A stretch of 64,000 nt of DNA. Source: an uncultured Clostridia bacterium. Lineage in GTDB: Bacteria; Bacillota; Clostridia; Christensenellales; UBA1242. The stretch's first letter is position 1, and each line of letters begins with the position of its first letter. A model generated the notes under the pieces. The model saw nothing but the letters and a program-made list of their open reading frames with translations. It searched no databases and was not told where the DNA came from. The position numbers and the translations under genes were made by a program. The DNA is taken from contig CALWCW010000068.1 of NCBI GenBank assembly GCA_944376495.1, positions 14,456 through 78,455 on the forward strand. The letters run 5' to 3'. Of the stretch, positions 50,285 to 59,784 are shown piece after piece.

Positions 50285-50450
50285 ATATTTCAATAAAAAA
50301 TAAAATAAAAAAATAAAAAAATAATAAATAGAAAAAAATAAAATTTTATATTTTAATTAATATATAAAATATTTAATATTTAAAAAGGTTATAAATTAAA
50401 TTTATTTATTTTTTATATTTAATATTTATTATTAATTAATCAATTATAAT

Positions 50451-50479
50451 AAAAAAGCTTACAATTAAGTAAGCTTTTG
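50451..50479 (-). terminator. Terminator after the 50487..51311 gene
   Basis: AAAAGCTTAC-aattaa-GTAAGCTTTT with a T run on the minus strand. Confidence 0.6.
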
Positions 50480-50486
50480 TTGTTTG

Positions 50487-51311
50487 TTATTTGTTATCAT
50501 CATTGTCGTCTGTGTCGTTTTTGTTTTCTTCTTCAATTTTTTTCTTAATGCTTTCTAAAAATTCTTGGAAATCTGCATCGTCGTCATCAATATCATCAGC
50601 ATTTGTTTCTTCTACAACTTCTTCTTGAGTTACTTCTTTAGCATCAGTTTCATCTGTTTCGCTTTCTTCATTTTCTCCAGATGTTTCTTCTATTGTTTCA
50701 TTTGTTTCAACTGCATCACTATTTTCTTCATTTTTGTCAGCAATGTTATCTTCAATAGTGTCTTGACTTTGTGTTTCCATTGATACAACATTTTCATCTT
50801 TGACTTCATTATTTTCGTCAACAGCATTTTCGTCTTTTGCATCTTCAATTTGAGCAGGGGTTGTGTGTTCAAGTTGTTTTCTTTCTGAATCCTTTAAAAG
50901 TTTAATTTTAGCCTCTTCTTCAGCAAGTTGATTAAGTTCTTCTGCACTATAATCTTGATTTTCTTCTACAACTTCTTCTTCCTCTTCTTCAACAAATTTA
51001 TCTTTATTTTTGTTGTAAAGAGCTTTTGCGATAAAGATAATCATGCAACAGATAAATACAGAAATCAAAATAGCAATGATAAGACTTAAAACATCGTCAT
51101 TTCTAAATCCATCCAAGAAACTTAAAATTAAGTAAAGCCAAGCAACCATAGCGATGAATGGTGTTGCTAAACAAAGTGAAATAGCCTTTAAGAAAGATTT
51201 AAGTTTTTTGCCATACTTATAAGCAAGAAAAGTTGTTGCTATAGAAATAGCTGAAAACACGATTCCGACAACCATAGCTGCGATTTGTGATGCTGTCATA
51301 TATTCAAACAT
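50487..51311 (-). CDS. Membrane protein (4 TM) with a long Asp/Glu-rich C-terminal tail
   Basis: 274 aa. The N-terminal ~100 aa are hydrophobic; the remainder is low-complexity acidic (EEEEEVVEEN.., DDIDDDDADF..). Confidence 0.6.
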   Translation of the reverse strand: MFEYMTASQIAAMVVGIVFSAISIATTFLAYKYGKKLKSFLKAISLCLATPFIAMVAWLYLILSFLDGFRNDDVLSLIIAILISVFICCMIIFIAKALYNKNKDKFVEEEEEEVVEENQDYSAEELNQLAEEEAKIKLLKDSERKQLEHTTPAQIEDAKDENAVDENNEVKDENVVSMETQSQDTIEDNIADKNEENSDAVETNETIEETSGENEESETDETDAKEVTQEEVVEETNADDIDDDDADFQEFLESIKKKIEEENKNDTDDNDDNK

Positions 51312-51436
51312 ACCTATCCTCCATTTAACTACTATAATAATAACACATAAAATTTACTTTGTCAAGATTGTTTTTATTATTATTTAGAAAAATTGTTTTG
51401 AAATTTAAGATTTGTTGGTTATACTATATTATAGGT

Positions 51437-52369
51437 ATGAAAGAAAAAAATATTAAAATTATCATCATAATTTTATTTTCAATAGCAGGACTGCTTACAA
51501 TAGGTGGAATTCTGACCGCCTTTTTGTTAAATTATAATCAATATAAGCCTGCACAAGTTCAAATTTTAGATGACGGACAAAATATCTATGTTTCGACAGA
51601 ATTAAATGATAATTATTCTCTTTATAGATTTGTTTTTAAAGATAATGATGGTAATGAAATTATAATTGATAGTGAAAAAAATACTTTATCGGTTGAAGAA
51701 TTAATTAATCAAGGCATTAAAATAGGAACTTCATATGAAGTTACAACTTGTTATTTAAGTGAAAACTCTGGGAATAATAGTTTATATAGTGATAGCATAC
51801 CTTGGACTTGTTATACATATTTAGCTTCTCCAACTTTGCAATATGATGAGAATAACAACTTATTAAAATGGGATAGTGTAGATAATGCAGATTATTATCA
51901 AGTATTTTTTAATCATAATGAAAGTGAAAACTTTGTCAAAGTTGAAACAAACTCAATATGTTTAACCGAATTTGATAGTGGAAATAGGACATTCTATGTC
52001 ATTGCTTATTCAAATGACAATAGTTATAGACCAAGTATAAAATCAAATGAATTAAATTTGGACGTTGTTAGACAATTCAAAGAATTTAATAGTGTTAGGC
52101 TTGAAGGTAATGACTTAATTATAACAGGTGAGGAACTTTTAGAAAAAATTTTAATATATATAAATGATGAAACAGCAAAGGAAGTTGTGGATTTTCAAAT
52201 AGAATATGATGAAGAAGAAAATTTATATACTTTTACTATAGATATTAAAACAATTTTGCCTCAACCAAGCGGATTTGATATTATTGGTGCTTCTCCTGCA
52301 ACAATAGACGAATACAATGTATTTACAGGAGATATTGTTTATGTTCGTATAGAAACGCAAGAAATATAA
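51437..52369 (+). CDS. Single-pass membrane-anchored extracellular protein, function unknown
   Basis: 310 aa from ATG 51437 (MKEKNIKIIIIILFSIAGLLTIGGILTAFLL). The start choice is tentative. Confidence 0.55.
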   Translation: MKEKNIKIIIIILFSIAGLLTIGGILTAFLLNYNQYKPAQVQILDDGQNIYVSTELNDNYSLYRFVFKDNDGNEIIIDSEKNTLSVEELINQGIKIGTSYEVTTCYLSENSGNNSLYSDSIPWTCYTYLASPTLQYDENNNLLKWDSVDNADYYQVFFNHNESENFVKVETNSICLTEFDSGNRTFYVIAYSNDNSYRPSIKSNELNLDVVRQFKEFNSVRLEGNDLIITGEELLEKILIYINDETAKEVVDFQIEYDEEENLYTFTIDIKTILPQPSGFDIIGASPATIDEYNVFTGDIVYVRIETQEI

Positions 52370-52479
52370 TTATAAAATAAAAAATCTTAATTAAATAAAT
52401 TATAAAATTTTATTTATTAAAAATTTAAAGTAATATTATTAAAAATATTAAGACATACTATTTGCAAAAGGAAATAGCT

Positions 52480-53904
52480 ATGTCTTATTTTAATTTAAAA
52501 AAGAAAATTAGTGAAATAAAGACTACTTTAAATGAAAGTAGTGATTTTTCATATCGTTGTTATAAGAAAAATGGACAAGAACTTGGTTTCGTTTTTTTGA
52601 AAAGTATTATAGACCAAAATCTTTTATCAGAAGCTGTATTTATGCCTCTACAGACTTTTGATGAGAAAATAACAATTAAAAGTTTAATACATAACATTAT
52701 CAAATGTGCAGATGTAAAAAAGATAAAAGAAGAAGATATTATAAAAGAAATTTTAGATGGTCGAGTAGTTATTATAACAAATTTTTCAAAAGAAATCATA
52801 TCTATAGATTTGTTTAAATTTCCGTCACGTATTCCTTCAGAGCCTCCAACATCTCCAGTTATTCAAGGTCCTCGTGAAGGTTTTGTAGAAGATATGCAAA
52901 CCAACTTGACATTGCTTCGAAGGAGGCTTAAAACTGAAAATCTAGTATTTAAAACTTATAAAATAGGTTCTCAAACACAAACGAAAATAGTTGTTGCTTA
53001 TCTTAAGGGAATTGCAAATAATAAGGTTGTTGAACAAGTAGTAAGAAAAATAAAATCAATAAAAACTGATGGAATAGTTGATTCATATTATATTCTATCT
53101 TATCTAGAAGAACGTCCTAATTCTTTATTTAAACAGATAGGCAATGCTGAAAAACCTGATATAGTTACTGCTAAAATGCTTGAGGGAAGGGTTGCACTGA
53201 TTGTTGATAATTCTCCAATTGTATTGACAGTTCCTTTCGTGTTAATTGAAGATTTACAAAACAGTAATGATTATTATACAAATCATCATTATTCAAGTTT
53301 TGTTCGAGTAATAAGGCTTTTAGGGCTTTTGATTGCTCTTGTTGCTCCAGGCATTTACCTTGCCTTGCAGATTTATCATTATAATATTTTACCACTAAAT
53401 TTTTTGATAACAATTGCTGATACAACTCAAGGGCTTCCATTTACACCATTTTTAGAAATTTTATTTATTTTTCTATTGTTTCAAATTCTTTATGAAGTCA
53501 GTTTGCGACTTCCAAGTTATTTAGGGCTTGCGACTTCTGTTGTAGGGGCTTTAATTTTAGGTGATACTGGAGTTAAAGCAGGTCTTATTTCTCCACCGGG
53601 AGTTATTATTGTGGCTCTTTCCAAAATTGCTCTCTATACAATTCCAGAGCAGGCTTCTCAAGTGACTATTTTGCAAATAATTTTTATTATTTTAGGTGGC
53701 TCATTGGGACTTATTGGTATAGTGTCAGGATTTGTATATTTTCTAAATTACTTAAATGAACTTGATAGTTATGGAACTCCATATCTTGCACCTTATAGTC
53801 CAAGAATACCTCAAGACCTTAAAGATGCAATTTTTACAAGCCCTGTAGGAGATTTAAAACAGCGACCGAAAACATTTTCACCAACTAAAAAGGAGAGATT
53901 ATGA
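52480..53904 (+). CDS. Spore germination protein, GerA/GerKA family (A subunit)
   Basis: VIQGPREGFVEDMQTNLTLLRRRLK, GRVALIVDNSPIVLTVPF and C-terminal TM helices are typical GerAA features. The ATG at 52480 is preferred over the TTG at 52462. Confidence 0.8.
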   Translation: MSYFNLKKKISEIKTTLNESSDFSYRCYKKNGQELGFVFLKSIIDQNLLSEAVFMPLQTFDEKITIKSLIHNIIKCADVKKIKEEDIIKEILDGRVVIITNFSKEIISIDLFKFPSRIPSEPPTSPVIQGPREGFVEDMQTNLTLLRRRLKTENLVFKTYKIGSQTQTKIVVAYLKGIANNKVVEQVVRKIKSIKTDGIVDSYYILSYLEERPNSLFKQIGNAEKPDIVTAKMLEGRVALIVDNSPIVLTVPFVLIEDLQNSNDYYTNHHYSSFVRVIRLLGLLIALVAPGIYLALQIYHYNILPLNFLITIADTTQGLPFTPFLEILFIFLLFQILYEVSLRLPSYLGLATSVVGALILGDTGVKAGLISPPGVIIVALSKIALYTIPEQASQVTILQIIFIILGGSLGLIGIVSGFVYFLNYLNELDSYGTPYLAPYSPRIPQDLKDAIFTSPVGDLKQRPKTFSPTKKERL

Positions 53905-55028
53905 AGGAAATAAAGGAGCATACAATTTCTGCAAGGCAAGCATGTGTAATTATTGTTATGTGTATTTTTGCAAATAAGATATTGCTTTTGCCATCTCTAA
54001 TGTATGAAAAATCAAAAGCAGATGCAATTTTTGCAATACTGATTTTATTTGCACTTGACTTAATTGTCTTGCCAATATTTTTCAAATTAAAACAACTTTT
54101 TCCAAACGAAAAGTTATATAATATTTTATCAAGAAAAATAAGTCCTTTTTTGACGAAATTGATTTATTTAATTTTTAGTGCTTATTTTATGTTTAAAGCA
54201 CTTTTGGTTTTTAGTGTCACTTATGTTTATTTTAAACAACAAATTTATCAAGATGAATTTCTCTTTCTTGCAATAATTGCATTTATTCCTGTGATAAATC
54301 ATGCGACAGCCGTAGGATTGCGTTCTTTTGCTAGAAGCATAGAACTTTTGTTTTCGATTGTATTGCTAGGATTTATTGCTTGTTTGGCTTTTTCGCTTTT
54401 TACACAGTTATCTATGCCTATATTCTTTATAAGTAATGCTAAAAATTTTTTCACCACTATTTATGAGCATACCTTTGCCTTTGGGGATTACATATTTTTA
54501 TTTTTAATTATAGATAAAATTCAAATAAAAAAAGGTCAAGAGAAAAATTTTTATTTTTATTCACTATTAGGTATGGGGTTAATATTGGCTTTATTTTTCC
54601 TTTTTTATTCTAAATATCAAATCACTTCATTTATGCACAATAATGCACTTGCAGATATATTAGTTTTTTCAGTGCAGTTTAATGCAATTGGAAGACTAGA
54701 TATAATAGCAATGCTAACTGTGATGGTTATAACATTATTTCAACTTGAAATTTACAACTACGCATTTAGCGAGAGTTTCTTAAGTTTATTCCCGAAACTT
54801 AATGTTTATTATTCAATTGCCGTATTTGATATCTTATTTGCAATTTTATATTATATTTTTATCGGTAAGTATGAAATATTGGTTGGTTCGTCTGATATTT
54901 GGTCGCCAGTTCCAGCAATATTTATTAATTATATAATACCACTAATTTGTCTAATCATAATTTTAATAGAATTACATTTAAAAAAGAGAAAGAAAAAAGA
55001 TCAAACTTATTTATCAAATAAAAAATAG
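53901..55028 (+). CDS. Spore germination protein, GerAB-type permease (B subunit)
   Basis: 375 aa, about 10 TM. Its start overlaps the A-subunit stop (ATGA). N-terminus ISARQACVIIVMCIFANKILLLPS. Confidence 0.75.
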   Translation: MKEIKEHTISARQACVIIVMCIFANKILLLPSLMYEKSKADAIFAILILFALDLIVLPIFFKLKQLFPNEKLYNILSRKISPFLTKLIYLIFSAYFMFKALLVFSVTYVYFKQQIYQDEFLFLAIIAFIPVINHATAVGLRSFARSIELLFSIVLLGFIACLAFSLFTQLSMPIFFISNAKNFFTTIYEHTFAFGDYIFLFLIIDKIQIKKGQEKNFYFYSLLGMGLILALFFLFYSKYQITSFMHNNALADILVFSVQFNAIGRLDIIAMLTVMVITLFQLEIYNYAFSESFLSLFPKLNVYYSIAVFDILFAILYYIFIGKYEILVGSSDIWSPVPAIFINYIIPLICLIIILIELHLKKRKKKDQTYLSNKK

Positions 55029-55051
55029 AATTTAGCAAACGAGAGGTTAAA

Positions 55052-56416
55052 ATGAAAAAGTTTTTTAAAGGTTGCTTAAAAAATCCTATGGTTATTGTTT
55101 TTATATTGATTCTTATCTTTTTTATGCCAATTGCAATATATTCGCCGGGAGAAAATAAAAATAGAGGTGTTGTAACTGCTGTAGGCATAGATAAGGTGGA
55201 TGAGTTATATGAAGTTTCGTTATTGACTTTTATTCCTACAGCAAATCAGACATATAAAGATACAAATTCAGTGATTTCTGGAAAAGGGAAATCGGTTGCA
55301 GATGCTATTTACAAAGCCCAAATTGCTATGGGAAGAAAGGTAGGGCTTGCTCATGCAAAGACAACTATAGTAAACGAGGAACTTCTTAAAGAAGATGTTG
55401 CAACTCATATTGACTATTTAAGTAGGGTTGCCTCTCTTCCTGAAAATACTGTTTTTATATGCTCAAACAAAACAGCAAAAGAAGTGCTTGAAACTTCAAA
55501 GACGCTAGAAAGTAATGTTGGATTGAAACTTGAACAACTTATTGGTTTCAATGCAAATAATTTATATGTCACTGACACATCATTAGAGGCGTTTTATAAA
55601 GGATATTATAGTGATGTTAAATCATCTATAATAGGATATTTGACTATAATGGATGAAAATGAGGTTAATGGACATGCTACTCAAGATGAGAACAATTCAA
55701 CCGCAAGTTCAAAAAACAGCGATGGAAGTAGTGATAGTCAAGGTTCAGGCAGTGGAAATAATGAAGGTGAGAATATTGTTAGTCAAAAATCAGTTGAACA
55801 AAACTCAACAGGTCAATCAAGCGGTCAATCAGAAGGTCAGGCAGGAGGTGGCGGTCAGTCAAAATCAACTAGTAGTAAACAAATCTTAAATCAAGGTGAG
55901 GCAGTTTTATTAAAGAACGGGAAATTAGTTCAAAAATTATCAATCGAGCAATTAAATGGAATAAATTTATTAAATCCCAAAGCACTTAATCAAATTGTTA
56001 CAATTAATGATGTAAAATTTGAAGATAAAACATTATCTTTTAACTTTAGGATTAAAAATAAAAAAGTTCTTACTAGCACAAAATTTGAAAATGGTATTCC
56101 AATCTACTCGGCACAACTTATTTTAGGACTTGAACTTGTTGAAATAGTCGGCGAACATGAAGAAATAAAGATTAACACAGAATTTAGTGAAATTACACCA
56201 GAGATTGCGAAGAAATTAGATTATCAAATAAAAAAAGAGTTTACAGATGCACTAAAAGTTCTTCGAGAGAATAAAACAGATGTTATAGGCATTAATGATA
56301 AATTTTTTAGAGAAAATAGAAATAGTTACTTAAAATATATAGACAAAATAAAGGAAATAGACAATTTCATAAATTTTGTGAATTTCAAATTGAGTTTAAT
56401 TATTCAGCCTGACTAA
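55052..56416 (+). CDS. Ger(x)C-family germination protein (C subunit), atypical
   Basis: 454 aa. RGVVTAVGIDK near the N-terminus and the operon position fit Ger(x)C. There is no clear lipobox Cys after the hydrophobic segment, and it carries a ~70-aa Ser/Gly/Gln-rich insert. Confidence 0.7.
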   Translation: MKKFFKGCLKNPMVIVFILILIFFMPIAIYSPGENKNRGVVTAVGIDKVDELYEVSLLTFIPTANQTYKDTNSVISGKGKSVADAIYKAQIAMGRKVGLAHAKTTIVNEELLKEDVATHIDYLSRVASLPENTVFICSNKTAKEVLETSKTLESNVGLKLEQLIGFNANNLYVTDTSLEAFYKGYYSDVKSSIIGYLTIMDENEVNGHATQDENNSTASSKNSDGSSDSQGSGSGNNEGENIVSQKSVEQNSTGQSSGQSEGQAGGGGQSKSTSSKQILNQGEAVLLKNGKLVQKLSIEQLNGINLLNPKALNQIVTINDVKFEDKTLSFNFRIKNKKVLTSTKFENGIPIYSAQLILGLELVEIVGEHEEIKINTEFSEITPEIAKKLDYQIKKEFTDALKVLRENKTDVIGINDKFFRENRNSYLKYIDKIKEIDNFINFVNFKLSLIIQPD

Positions 56417-56533
56417 TTTTGTCACTAAATAGATAAAAAATTTTTGAAATTGTTTAAAAATACCTTTGTATTTGTTGGTAAAAAATTTTTTTTATGATAC
56501 AATATTTTGTAATAATTTTTAAAGGAGGCATTT

Positions 56534-58867
56534 GTGAACGAACAAAAACCAAAATTTAGATGGTCTTATGTGGTAGTCGCTTTACTTATAATCTTATTAA
56601 TTGTCCTAGTGTTCTCTAATAATGGTTATAGGGGCGTATATTTAGATAGGAACATAGAAGAAATTGAAGAACTTGTCAACGGAACTCACAACCAAAATGA
56701 ACAAGGGCAAAATGGTGAGCAACTTCAAGCAATTTATTATAAAGATAATATAATCTATTTCTTAATAAAAGACTCTCAATATGCGGGTAGATTCCCAACT
56801 TATTCTGATTATTATATCTACTATGAAGACGGAGATGGTGTTTTATCAGAAACTCTTCGTTTAATCAATGAAGAAAATCAATCTTTGACAGGTGAAGATA
56901 AAATCCTTATTAGAAAAGGTGTTGATGGAGTGAATTGGTGGAACATAGTTTATCCAATTCTTTACATTGGATTTGCACTCTTTATGATATGGATGATATT
57001 CAGACTTATAAACAGTTCAAATAAAGGGGCTATGGGCTTTGGAAAAAGCAAGGCTAAAGCATATACATCAAGCAAAGTAAAATTCTCTGATATTGCAGGA
57101 ACAGAGGAAGAGAAAGAAGAACTTGCAGAAATCGTAGAGTTTTTGAAATCTCCAAAAAAGTTTACAGACCTTGGTGCAAGAATACCAAAAGGTGTGCTTT
57201 TAGTAGGTAATCCAGGAACTGGTAAAACATTGCTTGCAAGAGCGGTTGCGGGTGAGGCTAATGTTCCATTTATATCAATAAGTGGTTCTGACTTTGTTGA
57301 AATGTTTGTCGGAGTTGGTGCATCTCGTGTTCGTGATTTGTTTGACCAAGCAAAGAAAAATAAACCTTGTATCGTTTTCATTGATGAAATTGATGCTGTA
57401 GGACGACAAAGAGGAGCAGGACTTGGTGGCGGTAATGATGAGAGAGAGCAAACTTTAAACCAATTGCTTGTTGAAATGGATGGTTTTGAATCAAATGAAG
57501 GTATAATTATACTTGCCGCAACAAATAGAGCGGACGTGTTAGACCCAGCACTTCTTCGTCCAGGAAGATTTGATAGACAAATTTATGTAAATGTTCCAGA
57601 CGTTAAAGGTAGAGAAGGAATTTTAAGAATTCACGCAAGAAATAAGCCGATTGATGAAAATGTAGATTTTAGAACTCTTGCAAAAATCACAGTTGGATTT
57701 ACGGGTGCAGATATTGAAAATATGCTTAATGAAGCAGCAATACTTGCAGCAAGAGCAGGCAGACCAAAGATTATTATGTCTGATATAACAGAGGGTATCA
57801 ATAAAGTTACAATGGGACCTCAAAAGAAATCTCGTTTAGTAACTGATAGAGATAGAAAAATCACAGCATACCATGAATCAGGTCATGCAATTTTAGCCAC
57901 AAAATTGGCTCATACAGATGATGTTCAAGAGGTTTCAATCATACCTAGAGGTGCTGCAGGTGGTTATACAATGCAAAGACCTGAAAATGATAATTCTTAT
58001 AGAACTTACAATTATTTAATGGACGAAATTGCCGTTTTTATGGGTGGAAGAATTGCAGAAGAGATAATATTCAAAGATATTACAACTGGTGCATCAAGTG
58101 ATATTCAACAAGCAACAAAAATTGCTAAAAATATGGTATTTTCTTGGGGTATGAGTAAGAATTTAGGATTTATAAGTTTAAATTCAAACGAACAAGTATT
58201 TATAGGTCGTGATTACCAAACTAAAAATGAGTTCTCTGAAAAATTAGCATCGGAAGCTGATGACGAAGTTCGAGGAATTATTGATTATAACTATAAACGT
58301 GCAAAGAAACTTCTTAACGATAATGTTGACTTATTAAATGAAATGGCAAACTTACTGCTTGAAAGAGAAACAATCAATAAAGATGAAATTGATATGCTTT
58401 TGGAAGGCAAAAAGGCAGATGAAATTGCTAAAATAATGGATGAAAGAGATAAGGCTCAACGTGAGAAGGAAAAACAAATTTTACAAGAGCAACAAATTGA
58501 ACAAAGAAAAAATAAACTTGAAGAGAAGTTAAAAGAGGGAGAAAGACTTGTTGAGGCTGGTATAATTACTTCCGAAGAATATGAGAGCCTTAAAAAACGT
58601 TATTCTGAAGAAGCATCAAAAGACGAGAATAATACTCAAAATGATTCAGATTCAATAACTCAAGGCCTTGAAATTAAAATTGAAAATTCAAAACCAAGTG
58701 ATGTATCATCTTCTCAAGATAATCAAGCAAATAAACAAGAACAGCCAAGTGAAATTGTTGTAGAAGAAACAAATCAACCTGAAAAAGAGAAAGAGAATAA
58801 GCAAGAGAAGGAAAAGACAAAAAAGCAAAATAAGAAAGATGATAAAAATAAAAAAGAAGGGGAATAA
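56534..58867 (+). CDS. ftsH: ATP-dependent zinc metalloprotease FtsH with a ~150-aa Lys/Glu-rich C-terminal extension
   Basis: 777 aa, GTG start after AAAGGAGG. Walker [22 protein letters not shown] region, and HEXXH as AYHESGHAI. Confidence 0.95.
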   Translation: MNEQKPKFRWSYVVVALLIILLIVLVFSNNGYRGVYLDRNIEEIEELVNGTHNQNEQGQNGEQLQAIYYKDNIIYFLIKDSQYAGRFPTYSDYYIYYEDGDGVLSETLRLINEENQSLTGEDKILIRKGVDGVNWWNIVYPILYIGFALFMIWMIFRLINSSNKGAMGFGKSKAKAYTSSKVKFSDIAGTEEEKEELAEIVEFLKSPKKFTDLGARIPKGVLLVGNPGTGKTLLARAVAGEANVPFISISGSDFVEMFVGVGASRVRDLFDQAKKNKPCIVFIDEIDAVGRQRGAGLGGGNDEREQTLNQLLVEMDGFESNEGIIILAATNRADVLDPALLRPGRFDRQIYVNVPDVKGREGILRIHARNKPIDENVDFRTLAKITVGFTGADIENMLNEAAILAARAGRPKIIMSDITEGINKVTMGPQKKSRLVTDRDRKITAYHESGHAILATKLAHTDDVQEVSIIPRGAAGGYTMQRPENDNSYRTYNYLMDEIAVFMGGRIAEEIIFKDITTGASSDIQQATKIAKNMVFSWGMSKNLGFISLNSNEQVFIGRDYQTKNEFSEKLASEADDEVRGIIDYNYKRAKKLLNDNVDLLNEMANLLLERETINKDEIDMLLEGKKADEIAKIMDERDKAQREKEKQILQEQQIEQRKNKLEEKLKEGERLVEAGIITSEEYESLKKRYSEEASKDENNTQNDSDSITQGLEIKIENSKPSDVSSSQDNQANKQEQPSEIVVEETNQPEKEKENKQEKEKTKKQNKKDDKNKKEGE

Positions 58868-58870
58868 TGA

Positions 58871-59584
58871 ATGGAAAATGTGGAAGAAGTAAAAGAAGCA
58901 CCGCTTACAGAGCAGGATGACGAACTTTTCCAATCTGTAAGTGATGAATATTTGAATAAGAAAAAGCGAAATAGAATTATCTCTTTATCTATCATTTCAG
59001 CTGTTATTTTCGCTCTTGCTGTTGTTATCATTACACTTGCTTGTGTTAGATTAGATTTAAAACCTTATTTCCTAGAAGAAGGTTCTAAATATTCTGTAAT
59101 TATAAATGATAGTGAAGTTGCAACTTTTATATCAAATAGTGAAAATGAAGAATATGATGAGTTTTATAAGCATTTTCAATCTTCATTTTACACCTCTTAT
59201 TTGACCGCAATATTTACTGGTAAACTTGGAAGTTATACAATAGAAAGAACAAATGATACTTTTTATTCATCATGGAATTCATCAACTGAAACGGGGACAG
59301 GAATGTCAACTACACTTGACTCTGCATTAGGAAGCAATTACGTTCATATTTCATATGGTGTAGAGCAAACATTATTTAATGCTGATGGAACTCCTTGTAA
59401 ATCACAATTTAATTCTTCAGTTGACTTAAAATATGTTGACGTTTATTTCCCAATCAGCAGTGAAAACACAGATGGTGACTTGACATTCTATTTTGGTTCT
59501 TATGGTTATAGCCAACCAAGAATAGCAAAAATCACTATTAGAGCAAACACTTATGCAATTTACGATTATGTTGTAAATTTATAA
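58871..59584 (+). CDS. Single-pass membrane protein, function unknown
   Basis: 237-aa ORF starting 4 nt after the ftsH stop. TM segment IISLSIISAVIFALAVVIITLAC. Confidence 0.55.
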   Translation: MENVEEVKEAPLTEQDDELFQSVSDEYLNKKKRNRIISLSIISAVIFALAVVIITLACVRLDLKPYFLEEGSKYSVIINDSEVATFISNSENEEYDEFYKHFQSSFYTSYLTAIFTGKLGSYTIERTNDTFYSSWNSSTETGTGMSTTLDSALGSNYVHISYGVEQTLFNADGTPCKSQFNSSVDLKYVDVYFPISSENTDGDLTFYFGSYGYSQPRIAKITIRANTYAIYDYVVNL

Positions 59585-59590
59585 TAATAT

Positions 59591-59641
59591 AAAAAAGAAT
59601 TCATTTAATTGGAGTGCATCCATATTATGAATTCTTTTTTT
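59591..59641 (+). terminator. Rho-independent terminator
   Basis: AAAAAAGAATTCAT...ATGAATTCTTTTTT. Confidence 0.7.
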
Positions 59642-59784
59642 ATTTAAAATATTTCTTTTTTTATTAATTAATATTAAAAATTAATAATTTTATTTTTTTA
59701 TAAATTGTTTTTAAAATAATTATAAAATTATACAAATTTTATTCTCATTTTATTTTTTATTCTTATATTATTTTTTATTTATTT

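Noticed and set aside
50216-50486. Possible CRISPR or tandem-repeat array in long AT-rich spacers (also 22696-22940, 59642-59784, 63830-63914)
   Set aside because: These contain only irregular A/T low-complexity runs (AAAAAATAAAA-type). There are no repeat-spacer periodicity, no conserved 25-40-nt unit, and no cas genes.
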